Below are positions 1-8,085 of a stretch of 11,135 nt of DNA, piece by piece. The stretch comes from Candidatus Iainarchaeum sp. Lineage in GTDB: Archaea; B1Sed10-29; WALL01. Where the stretch lies: the NCBI GenBank assembly GCA_021162685.1, contig JAGGYF010000014.1, positions 1 to 11,135 of the forward strand, read 5' to 3'. The position numbers and the translations under genes are program-made. The first letter of the stretch is position 1; each line of letters begins with the position of its first letter. The notes beneath the pieces are model-generated. The model was not told the origin of the DNA. It saw only the letters and a program-made list of their open reading frames with translations, and searched no databases.

Positions 1-16
1 ATGGAACCACTTTTTT

Positions 17-721
17 ATGGTAGATATAGAAAGAGTCTTCCATGTGAAACTTCGCAACTATACAGAAGACCCTGAGAGAACATGCGCTGTTGCCGCAATG
101 TTTAGTGTGAATGAAAAGGTAGATGATGAGACATTCACAAATGTTGACTATGAAAAGGCAATGCGCATATTAAGAAATGTTGTCGCAAGAGGCCATCATT
201 CTGTACTTGAACATGCCTCCTTTACATTCAATATATCTGGTGTATCGCGTGCGCTAACACACCAACTTGTGAGACATAGGATTGCATCGTACACACAGCA
301 AAGTCAAAGATACGTAAAACTGAAAGAGATAGAGTTCATAAAGCCAGACACAATTGCATCAAATGAAGAGTTCAACAAAAGATATGATTCCATGCTGGAA
401 AAAATATCTGAATTGTATATTGAAATGGTCAACGCAGGGATACCAAAAGAAGATGCGAGATACATCCTTCCAAACGCAACGCCTACAAGCATTATTGTTA
501 CCATGAACGCAAGAGAATTGCTCCACTTCTTCTCGCTGAGAACTTGTTATAGGGCACAATGGGAGATAAGAAGGATGGCAGAAGAGATGTTAAGGGAGTG
601 TAAAAAGGTTGCTCCAGTAATATTTGAAAAGGCTGGTCCTCCATGTATAAGGGGGCCATGTCCAGAAGGTAAATATACATGCGGAAAGCCAAGAAATAAT
701 GAGCCATTATTTATGTCATAG
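17..721 (+). CDS. thyX: FAD-dependent thymidylate synthase ThyX
   Basis: 234-aa ORF with GHHSVLEH, the ThyX signature RHRxxSxxQxSxR (QLVRHRIASYTQQSQRY), EDARYILP, MNARELLHF and AQWEIR. Confidence 0.97.
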   Translation: MVDIERVFHVKLRNYTEDPERTCAVAAMFSVNEKVDDETFTNVDYEKAMRILRNVVARGHHSVLEHASFTFNISGVSRALTHQLVRHRIASYTQQSQRYVKLKEIEFIKPDTIASNEEFNKRYDSMLEKISELYIEMVNAGIPKEDARYILPNATPTSIIVTMNARELLHFFSLRTCYRAQWEIRRMAEEMLRECKKVAPVIFEKAGPPCIRGPCPEGKYTCGKPRNNEPLFMS

Positions 722-730
722 GAGGATAGC

Positions 731-1504
731 ATGAGAGGACAACACAAAGGGGAAAACGGTAAGGTACTAATCATAGGTGGGAGTGAGGAGTACGTTGGCG
801 CTCCTGCCCTTGCTGGGCTTGCGGCCCTCCGTTCTGGATGTGACATTGTAAAGATAGCCACACCAGAGAAGGTAGCATATGCTATAAATACAATGAGTCC
901 AGACCTGATAACAATAAAACTCAAACCAGACCCCTTTGTTGGTGTTGATAACATAGATAGATTGAAAGCATTGGTGAATGATTTTGATTGTGTTTTGATA
1001 GGAAATGGGCTTGGAACAAAAAGGGAAACACGCGTAGCCATAAATAAACTCATTGATGACATAAAGAAGCCAATGGTGATTGACGCTGATGCTATAAAGC
1101 TACTCTCTGGAAAACGTCTCAGCAATTGTGTTATAACACCACACTCAAAGGAATTTGAGCTGTTTTTTAGTGAAGAAGCAGATGAGGAGAATGTCCTCAA
1201 GCATAGCAGAAAGGATTTTGTGGTATTACTAAAAGGAAAAACGGATATTATCTCAGATGGTGAAAGGATATATAAAAATGAAACAGGGAATGATGCAATG
1301 ACAGTTGGTGGAACAGGGGATATCTTAGCAGGTATTGTTGCCAGTTTTATAGCGCAAGGCATGCCATTATATGATGCAGCATATAGGGCAGCGATAGTTA
1401 ATGGAAAGGCTGGGGATATAGCATTCAGAAAGCTTGGGTATTCTATGATTGCCAGTGATCTACTTGGTTGTTTACCTGATGTCATGAGGGAGATAGATTT
1501 TTAA
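731..1504 (+). CDS. nnrD: ADP/ATP-dependent (S)-NAD(P)H-hydrate dehydratase (YjeF C-terminal domain, stand-alone)
   Basis: Motifs HKGENGKVLIIGGS, YVGAPALAGLAALRSG, IGNGLG, VIDADA, ITPHxxEF, LLKG and GNxxMxxGGTGDILAG. GGAGG RBS at 721-725. Confidence 0.95.
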   Translation: MRGQHKGENGKVLIIGGSEEYVGAPALAGLAALRSGCDIVKIATPEKVAYAINTMSPDLITIKLKPDPFVGVDNIDRLKALVNDFDCVLIGNGLGTKRETRVAINKLIDDIKKPMVIDADAIKLLSGKRLSNCVITPHSKEFELFFSEEADEENVLKHSRKDFVVLLKGKTDIISDGERIYKNETGNDAMTVGGTGDILAGIVASFIAQGMPLYDAAYRAAIVNGKAGDIAFRKLGYSMIASDLLGCLPDVMREIDF

Positions 1505-1528
1505 TGGATTGCTCCCTAACCAATATGC

Positions 1529-2458
1529 ATGGAACTTCTACTTAATGTTTTGATATTAGGTATAAGCTTTGTGGCATTGTTCAAGGGCGCAGATGTATTT
1601 GTTGATGCTGCTGCAAATATCGCAAGGCACTTAGGCATCTCCGAACTTTTAATATCGCTTACATTGGTCGCAGTTGCAACATCCTTACCAGAAACAGGGG
1701 TATCTGTGATTGCATCGTTTAGTGGAGAGACCGCGGTATCTGCATCAAACATTGTTGGCTCTGTTATATTTAACATATGTGTTGCATTCGGTATTATGAT
1801 ACTATTTCTTAGTTTTAAGGCAAACAAAAAGGTGATTGACAGGGATTGTGTTGCAATGCTTGTCTCATACCTCTTGCTATTCACAGCCGTTCTATTCGGT
1901 GGAATAAACTGGATGTGGGGCATAATCTTCATTGTTGCATATGGCGTATACCTCTATTATCTATACAAAGATGTAAAGCAGGATTATGAGCACTCAAAAA
2001 ATAAAGGTTCTATTATCAGAGACCTAGTCTTTCTCGTCATCGGCGCAGTTGTTATCTACCTTGGATCAAAATATGCTGTTGCATCTGCGGTATACCTCGC
2101 AAGAGTGATTGGTGTCTCTGAGTGGGCAATAGGTGCAACTGTACTTGCAGTTGGTACATCATTGCCAGAGTTCGCAGTATCTATCGGCGCATTGAGAAAA
2201 GGGAAACTCATGATATCGCTTGGCAATGTCATAGGAAGTAATGTATTTGATATACTTGTTGCACTTGGTCTATCAGCGATTGTGAATCCAATACTCATCA
2301 GCTTTAATGATATTATATTTGACATCTGGTTTATGTTGATAAGTGGCGCTGCTGTTACGCTATTTGCCATTCACAATAGAAGCATGCATACGCGCGAAGG
2401 TATCTTCTTTGTCCTGCTCTATGTGGGCTACATTATCCATCTTCTTGGTTTTATCTAG
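1529..2458 (+). CDS. Na+/Ca2+ exchanger (CaCA superfamily, YrbG/NCX_Mj-like)
   Basis: 309 aa with about 10 hydrophobic segments in two inverted halves. Alpha-1 repeat ATSLPE...GSVIFNI and alpha-2 repeat GTSLPE...GNVIGSNVFDI. Confidence 0.95.
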   Translation: MELLLNVLILGISFVALFKGADVFVDAAANIARHLGISELLISLTLVAVATSLPETGVSVIASFSGETAVSASNIVGSVIFNICVAFGIMILFLSFKANKKVIDRDCVAMLVSYLLLFTAVLFGGINWMWGIIFIVAYGVYLYYLYKDVKQDYEHSKNKGSIIRDLVFLVIGAVVIYLGSKYAVASAVYLARVIGVSEWAIGATVLAVGTSLPEFAVSIGALRKGKLMISLGNVIGSNVFDILVALGLSAIVNPILISFNDIIFDIWFMLISGAAVTLFAIHNRSMHTREGIFFVLLYVGYIIHLLGFI

Positions 2459-5400
2459 TCAAAACGTCTTAGAACCTTCTGCATCTTTGTCTCCCTTTTA
2501 GTTGGCTTTTTCATCCTTGTGAACAAAAAACCTATGACAGCAATGCCACCAAATAATAATCCTGCATTTGTAAGTGTCAAAAGCCCTGTTCTCGGTTGCT
2601 TTTCCTTGGCATGCTCGTACTCCATCTTTGCGTAGTGAATTGCCAATGCACATCTCCCGCTGTTGTATGCCTCAATGGCTCTTGTACTATTGGTTTTTTC
2701 TGTCCATATCCTTGCACTCTCACATATGGAATTAACCCTATCCTCTATCTCTTCTGCTATCTCTTTACATCTATCAATCATTTGATAATCTGGCTCATCT
2801 ATACTCTCAATGAATTGTTCTATATGATGGATATCACAGATAGTATCATCACTTGAGTCACATGCCTGTCTAAGCTCCTCTATCATTTTGTTCAATGTCT
2901 CTTTATCGCATGCATCATAGAATTGTTCATCAAGTGTTGCTTTTCTGTTGTGCAACAGTTGTTCTACTGTATCAATATTTGCTTTAATCTGCTCTGCCTC
3001 ACTGATAAAAGTAGAATAGTCTCCATGCACATACATTTGTTTGATTGCATCCCAATGGGATAGGAATTGCTCAATATCAAAATCCCTTATGTATGCATCT
3101 AACTGGCTGTATTGCTCTTTTATATCATCAACTTTTGGAGCAATATCATTAAACAATACATCTGCCCTCTTTTTCAATACCTTACTTATCTCTTTCCTCA
3201 ACTCATGTTTTGCTCTCTCAAACAACTCTATTGCACTATCGTATTGCTTCCTCGCAGTGTTTATCTCTGCTTGCTGTACTATCTTTTCTATTTGCTGTGT
3301 ATCTATACCAAGTGACTTTGCTCTATCTATGAGTGTATTGACTTCCTCTCTCTGTCTCTCAATTGTTTGTGCTTGCTCATCTTCATGTTCTATACTGTCC
3401 CTAACTGCATCTATCTCATCATATATTTCAATGGCTCTTGGGATGATTTCATCTTCATCTGCATCAGCAAGTGCCTCTATCATCTCCTCTATCCTTTCAA
3501 CATCATCTGGCGAATCCTGTATATCCTGCAACTCCTCCTCAAGCATTGCTATTGTATCATTTACTAATGAAGATCTCTTCCTCATACGAAATGTTATTGT
3601 AATTCCTTCATCTGGTCCACATGTAAGGCCTTGGATTTTTATTTTATTGCTAGCAACATAGCTCCATGTTCCCCTCTCAACTGATATATCTATTGGCAGG
3701 GAGGGGAATGGAACTGTAATGCTAACATTCTTGTGGTATGCATCACAGTATAAACCAATGGGTAATGCATAAAGCACAGAGTTATCATCCTCCATAAGTG
3801 TTATGGTATCTCCTATATGCACTGAGAGGGGCGTGTTGTTAGATACATACGTAACAGAGACGTTTTCCTCTTTGCCCACATACATTGTAAGGTGTATTGT
3901 ATCTTCTGTTATTGTTATGATTGCGTCATCTTTATCTGATGTTGCTGTGATAACCCCAGGTGCATTGAATGAGATGTGTGCCTTGAAGTGCTCCTTTGGT
4001 GATATCTGCCTTGTCTTTCTAACTAGCATTGTATTCTCATTAATCTCAAGAATATCAGTATACTCATCATTACATAATAGAGGTATTGTCTCTGCATCAA
4101 AGGTCATTAATCTCTTGCCAGGAGGCATATCTTCCTTGATTATGATATAGCCATTACTATACAGCAAAGGTCTATCAGATGAAATGGGTTCAATCACAGG
4201 TATGTGGATTACTGCATCCTCAACAACAAAGTCAAATGGATTGTATATCTGTATATTATATCTTGTATTTACGGGACTATTGCATGCAGGTGGTTCGTCA
4301 AATGTATACAAAACATTAGATATGATGATGTCTTCAGGCTCCACCTCTTCTGATATTTCCTCTATAGCAGTAGTATAGAATGTCTGCATCTCCTTAAGTG
4401 TTCCAAGTGCTGCTTCCACATCAAGGGAATCTTTATAGAAAAATGGCTCATATTGTGATGCCTTGTTTGAATATGTTGCACATCTTGCCTTCGGGTATAA
4501 ACCAGAATCAACAAGTTTTGATAGCATATTTATTAATATATTAAATGTTGCCCTCTTTGATTCCAATGTTTGCTTGTATCTCCTCTTGGCATTATTATAT
4601 ATCTCGTCGATTGTATTCATCGTAATGATGTTTATTTCGTTCATCTCATATATAGAATCTGGCAAAGGATAAGCAATGGCTCTCTCCCTTCTTCTCTTTA
4701 TCTTGTTCAATATCTGTTTATATCTAGAAACGTCCATGTCCTTTTCCGCTCGTTTGATCGTATCTTCTAACACATCTATATTCCTGTCAAGTGACGCGAT
4801 AGTATCCAAATTGCATGTATCCGTTGACTTATTCAAGCATAGGATAATATCTGCCTGTCTCAGCGCATAAGCATATGCTCTTATGGATTCACCAAGTGTT
4901 TGCTTTGACCTCGCACTGTTGCACAATGCCATTACCTTCTGTTTAATAGCCATGAATGATTGCCCTCCTTTCATGTTATTCATTGTATTTGTAATGACAT
5001 TGCACTTGTTCTCTGCCTCTTCCCTCAATGCCCTTGCCTCTTTCATAAGCTTATCCTGCTCTCTCATTGTGTATGCTGAATTGTCTATTATCTTATCAAG
5101 CATGAACGAAACATTTGATAGATAATGTTTTTGCCCATACTGGCACGCTCTCATGCTGTTTATTGAATATGTGTATGTTGCTCTATCCAACTCATTTTCT
5201 AGTCTTCTCTCCTCCTGCATATATGAATTGGCTCTTACATCAATAGGAACATACGACTCTGTCTGCCATCCTGCTATTGCCTCAGCAACACTCCTATCAA
5301 TAAGGTATATCTTCTCGTCCTTTATCCCTTTGTTTTTCTCTCTCAAGTCATTCAACTGTGAAGTTGCGCGTTCTTGCTGTATCTTATAGTGAGTATGCAT

Positions 5401-6234
5401 TTGTTCTATTGCCTTATCCAACCTATCAGCAACTTCAAGCATCTTTCCAACACCACTGAAATCACCTGGTGCGCTACCAACAAGATTGTTGTACCATGTG
5501 CCAAGAGAACGAGGTACCTTTCTTCCCTTGTAGAACGTAAACATCTCGGTATTTCCATAGAACATCAATGTTTGGAAAAACTTTGCATATCTTCCGTGGT
5601 CTACATCATTTAGATTCTCTATCTCATCACTATATACATTAAATGTTTCTGAATGATAGTAGGGGGTTCCAGCCCCAAGGCATTCTAGTTCATCTGCCTT
5701 ATGCTTTACAAATGAGTAGGAACGCTCTGACGCAAGAACTGCTTTCTTGTTTGCTTGTTCAATTTCTAGAGTCATACCCACAAGCGCTTCAATACATTCT
5801 GCTGCGCTTAGATGCGGCATGGCAAATGATGCAGAACAGTATTTCTCTGCATCTCTCTTATACTGCTTTGCGTTTCTTACGTGTTGCCAGCTCTCATCAA
5901 TTAAAGAGGATATGTCCCTAACCTCCTCTTTATTTCCAGAAAAATGTGTAGAAATATAGATATTAGCATCTGTGCCCTCGTGATATCCATCAACATACAA
6001 CATATACATTATAGACTGAGCATTTGATATTGTGTCAGCACCATCAACAAACACAACATACTTGCCTATGGTCTCTACAATGTTGGAAAACCCCTCTGTA
6101 AGAAGCTCAAATTTATCTATAATATTTAGTATCTTGTGTGTGGTTGCATCAAGAGCTATTTCTGTGCCCTCAGCAAATGCTGTATTCAACAAAATAAGCA
6201 GTATAATAAAATACTTCACCAATCCTCTCCCCAT
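2455..6234 (-). CDS. Large hypothetical secreted protein with C-terminal membrane anchor (1259 aa)
   Basis: 3.78-kb uninterrupted ORF with a GGGGAG RBS upstream. N-terminal signal peptide (MGRGLVKYFIILLILLNTAFA/E); helical N-terminal half, beta-rich middle, acidic coiled-coil-like C-terminal third; TM LLTLTNAGLLFGGIAVIGFLF (nt 2583-2521) followed by a basic tail. No family recognised. Confidence 0.9.
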   Translation of the reverse strand: MGRGLVKYFIILLILLNTAFAEGTEIALDATTHKILNIIDKFELLTEGFSNIVETIGKYVVFVDGADTISNAQSIMYMLYVDGYHEGTDANIYISTHFSGNKEEVRDISSLIDESWQHVRNAKQYKRDAEKYCSASFAMPHLSAAECIEALVGMTLEIEQANKKAVLASERSYSFVKHKADELECLGAGTPYYHSETFNVYSDEIENLNDVDHGRYAKFFQTLMFYGNTEMFTFYKGRKVPRSLGTWYNNLVGSAPGDFSGVGKMLEVADRLDKAIEQMHTHYKIQQERATSQLNDLREKNKGIKDEKIYLIDRSVAEAIAGWQTESYVPIDVRANSYMQEERRLENELDRATYTYSINSMRACQYGQKHYLSNVSFMLDKIIDNSAYTMREQDKLMKEARALREEAENKCNVITNTMNNMKGGQSFMAIKQKVMALCNSARSKQTLGESIRAYAYALRQADIILCLNKSTDTCNLDTIASLDRNIDVLEDTIKRAEKDMDVSRYKQILNKIKRRRERAIAYPLPDSIYEMNEINIITMNTIDEIYNNAKRRYKQTLESKRATFNILINMLSKLVDSGLYPKARCATYSNKASQYEPFFYKDSLDVEAALGTLKEMQTFYTTAIEEISEEVEPEDIIISNVLYTFDEPPACNSPVNTRYNIQIYNPFDFVVEDAVIHIPVIEPISSDRPLLYSNGYIIIKEDMPPGKRLMTFDAETIPLLCNDEYTDILEINENTMLVRKTRQISPKEHFKAHISFNAPGVITATSDKDDAIITITEDTIHLTMYVGKEENVSVTYVSNNTPLSVHIGDTITLMEDDNSVLYALPIGLYCDAYHKNVSITVPFPSLPIDISVERGTWSYVASNKIKIQGLTCGPDEGITITFRMRKRSSLVNDTIAMLEEELQDIQDSPDDVERIEEMIEALADADEDEIIPRAIEIYDEIDAVRDSIEHEDEQAQTIERQREEVNTLIDRAKSLGIDTQQIEKIVQQAEINTARKQYDSAIELFERAKHELRKEISKVLKKRADVLFNDIAPKVDDIKEQYSQLDAYIRDFDIEQFLSHWDAIKQMYVHGDYSTFISEAEQIKANIDTVEQLLHNRKATLDEQFYDACDKETLNKMIEELRQACDSSDDTICDIHHIEQFIESIDEPDYQMIDRCKEIAEEIEDRVNSICESARIWTEKTNSTRAIEAYNSGRCALAIHYAKMEYEHAKEKQPRTGLLTLTNAGLLFGGIAVIGFLFTRMKKPTKRETKMQKVLRRFD

Positions 6235-6278
6235 AGTTCTCTCCCCACTTAATTTTGTGGTGAGGATAAATAAAAATG

Positions 6279-6779
6279 TTATGGTCTCAGGAAATAATTA
6301 CTGAAGTCAACGCTATCGTCCTCCTCTCCTCGCATTATTCTGAGTATCTTCCGTACAGTAGACGCAACTGTCCTGCGCGTTGTATCTACTTGGTAAACCT
6401 TTTTGTAGTTTTCTCTTGCTCTTATCAGACAATAATCCAATGCCTCTGCCTCTACATTCTCCTTTATCTTCTTCTTTGAGTAATGCCTCTTTTGAAGTCT
6501 TCTCCACAGAACCTTGGGTGAACATCGCAAAACAAACACATACTCTGCTTTTAGGGGGATCTCACACAAGAGATGTCCTTCCATAACCCCATTCCTATTT
6601 TCTATTTCCTTTTTAAGTCGTTTCATGTCAACAACATAGCTTCCGTCTTCCTTTCCTGTGTATATCTTCTTTTCTCTTACTATCCTATTTACTTCAATAA
6701 GTGGTACTCTCATTTTCTTGGAGAGCTCTCTTGCAACACTTGTCTTCCCAGTACCTGGGACACCTGTTATAATAATCAT
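6279..6779 (-). CDS. Archaeal adenylate kinase, AK6/Fap7 family
   Basis: Walker A GVPGTGKT directly after MIIIIT, hhhEGH motif (GVMEGHL), and LRCSPxxLxxRLxKRxYxxxKIxENVEAE. Start re-called to the ATG at 6779 (166 aa) because the longer ORF overlaps the divergent gene. Confidence 0.92.
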   Translation of the reverse strand: MIIITGVPGTGKTSVARELSKKMRVPLIEVNRIVREKKIYTGKEDGSYVVDMKRLKKEIENRNGVMEGHLLCEIPLKAEYVFVLRCSPKVLWRRLQKRHYSKKKIKENVEAEALDYCLIRARENYKKVYQVDTTRRTVASTVRKILRIMRGEEDDSVDFSNYFLRP

Positions 6780-6840
6780 AATATTAAAAAAGAACATCAC
6801 CTTTAAATAATATTGCATTATAAATGATAGTGGTGAGCAT
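6780..6840. promoter_or_regulatory. Short divergent promoter region (AK6 / small membrane protein)
   Basis: 61-bp AT-rich spacer. TTTAAATA at 6802-6809 is about 30 nt upstream of ATG 6841; GGTGAG RBS at 6832-6837. TATA-like elements are also present on the - strand. Confidence 0.5.
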
Positions 6841-7059
6841 ATGCTGAAGGAACTTATCAATAGCATGGTTGATGCAGTTGAGGACCTCGCAACTGCAATT
6901 ATCGCAGTTGTCCTCGTTATATTCGTTGCTGGAGAATTCTATGCGAACATGTTCCCAGCTACAACACAGGAGTTTTGGTATCCAAGTGCATTATTTGTTG
7001 TTGTTTTGATACTAAAACTCATAAAGGATATCTTCCAAAAGGTAAGAAGAAAAAAATAG
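6841..7059 (+). CDS. Small hypothetical membrane protein (72 aa, 2 TM)
   Basis: GGTGAG RBS, two hydrophobic stretches (LATAIIAVVLVIFVAG and ALFVVVLILKLI) and a basic C-terminus (KVRRKK). Fills the gap between its neighbours exactly. Confidence 0.8.
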   Translation: MLKELINSMVDAVEDLATAIIAVVLVIFVAGEFYANMFPATTQEFWYPSALFVVVLILKLIKDIFQKVRRKK

Positions 7060-7932
7060 CTATTCAAGAACCTTAAATGAATCAATAACACCGTCGCCGT
7101 CTGTATCCAACCCTTCAACTACATTTTCTCCTTTTAGGTCAGTGCCACTCATTATTGCTAATATTGCCGCCCTTGTGCCTGCTCTTGACCTACCAGCAAC
7201 AACAAGCATGTGTTTGTTCTCGTTCCATGGGTTCTTTGTCAGAACAATAAGACCATTATGTTCGTGATACCTCTCACCTGTTTTTTCTGAGTATATTGTC
7301 CAAACATCTCCTGTCTCTATTCTTATGGGCAACTCGTCATTTATCCTTGCTGTTATCATATTTGTCACAGGTCCACCAACAACAATTATATTCCCCTCTA
7401 AGTCATTCTGCCTTGTATCTGTGTCAAGAAGAACACTTGGTTTGACACTTGTTGATAATGTACCTAAGTACAAACATAGGTCAGAAACAAAATGTGTATC
7501 TCTTGCCCTTGCATGATGTGGGCCATGTGGGTCAGGACTACCAACAATGATCTTTGCATCAAACACACCATCAGAGAAGAATGGGGCCAATAGGCTAGGG
7601 ATATCAACATGTTTCTTTGTTAATTTCCTCCATTCATCAACAAGTGCTATTGCATATGCCTTGTCCTTTGCTTTGTAATATCTGGCAACTGCCCCCTGCT
7701 TTTCCTCTGTCTTCACAACTGTAATAGCACCCAATCTCCTGAGCTGATTTATGTGATAGTATACCTTTTGCTCATCCATGCCTATTCGCTCTGCAAGCCT
7801 ACTAGGGTAATCTGGCTCCTTTGCCAGCTCTTTTAGTATTTTCCACCGCGTTGGGTCCAGGAGCTTCTGTAGCTCTCTTGGCTCTCTTATAAGGCGGGCG
7901 GGCATCTCTCCTGCTTTTGATACAATTCTCAT
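7060..7932 (-). CDS. ArsR-like winged-HTH transcriptional regulator fused to an S-layer-C-like alpha/beta domain
   Basis: N-terminal LLDPTRWKILKEL...YPSRLAERIGMDEQKVYYHINQLRRLGAI...ARYY is an ArsR/HTH_20-type wHTH. The C-terminal domain has IIVGSPDPHGP, NIIVVGGPVTN, LVVAGxxxxGTRAA and a terminal DxDxDG (DTDGDG). ATG 7932 preferred; GTG 7941 possible. Confidence 0.85.
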   Translation of the reverse strand: MRIVSKAGEMPARLIREPRELQKLLDPTRWKILKELAKEPDYPSRLAERIGMDEQKVYYHINQLRRLGAITVVKTEEKQGAVARYYKAKDKAYAIALVDEWRKLTKKHVDIPSLLAPFFSDGVFDAKIIVGSPDPHGPHHARARDTHFVSDLCLYLGTLSTSVKPSVLLDTDTRQNDLEGNIIVVGGPVTNMITARINDELPIRIETGDVWTIYSEKTGERYHEHNGLIVLTKNPWNENKHMLVVAGRSRAGTRAAILAIMSGTDLKGENVVEGLDTDGDGVIDSFKVLE

Positions 7933-7940
7933 AAAAACCA

Positions 7941-7963
7941 CTATAGTTTTTATTATAATGGTT
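7941..7963. promoter_or_regulatory. Putative operator site 1 (downstream of the regulator's TATA box)
   Basis: CTATAGT-TTTT-ATTATAA pseudo-palindrome (7941-7958). 7941-7963 is a 20/23 inverted copy of 8020-8042. Confidence 0.65.
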
Positions 7964-7978
7964 ATATAAAAACCTTTG
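7963..7978 (-). promoter_or_regulatory. BRE/TATA promoter of the regulator gene
   Basis: The - strand reads CAAAGGTT-TTTATATA, with the TATA box at 7970-7963, about 30 nt upstream of ATG 7932. Confidence 0.65.
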
Positions 7979-8019
7979 TTTTTCCCACTTTTTTCTTAAT
8001 ATTTTTAAGATAGTGATTA

Positions 8020-8042
8020 AACCATTATAATGGAAATTATAG
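8020..8042. promoter_or_regulatory. Putative operator site 2 (immediately upstream of the glmS BRE)
   Basis: TTATAAT-GGAA-ATTATAG pseudo-palindrome (8025-8042), overlapped by the perfect 12-bp palindrome CCATTATAATGG (8022-8033). Confidence 0.65.
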
Positions 8043-8056
8043 AAACTATTTATAAA
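8041..8056 (+). promoter_or_regulatory. BRE/TATA promoter of glmS
   Basis: AGAAACTA-TTTATAAA, with the TATA box at 8049-8056, about 30 nt upstream of ATG 8086. Confidence 0.7.
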
Positions 8057-8085
8057 AAAGAGAACACCAATCTGTTGGCGATGTT

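Noticed and set aside
547-1485. 312-aa - strand ORF
   Set aside because: Antisense shadow of thyX/nnrD, Ser/Phe/Ile-rich with no motifs; the + strand genes are unambiguous.
6214-6234. Possible class III (pilin-type) signal peptide MGRG/LV in the large protein
   Set aside because: A Lys follows at +3 and a typical AxA signal peptidase I site (AFA) is present.
2596-6304. Many short + strand ORFs (64-206 aa)
   Set aside because: They are antisense to the 1259-aa gene, with Ser/Ile/Phe-rich composition typical of mirror frames.
6258-6479. Strong SD-like GGTGAGG on the + strand followed by a 67-aa ORF at 6276
   Set aside because: The ORF is antisense to AK6 and has no recognisable features; the SD-like sequence is explained as one arm of the 6241-6264 hairpin.
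6780-6866. 29-aa N-terminal extension of AK6 in the ORF track
   Set aside because: It overlaps the divergent gene and promoter; AK6 proteins normally start just before the Walker A strand.
7941-8042. Inverted repeats as MITE or IS ends
   Set aside because: No target-site duplication or transposase is evident, and the repeats are internally dyadic and aligned with promoters.
7942-8085. glmS ribozyme or riboswitch upstream of glmS
   Set aside because: The spacer is extremely AT-rich, the TATA box is about 30 nt from the ATG, and there is no GC-rich paired core; the repeats fit DNA operators better.
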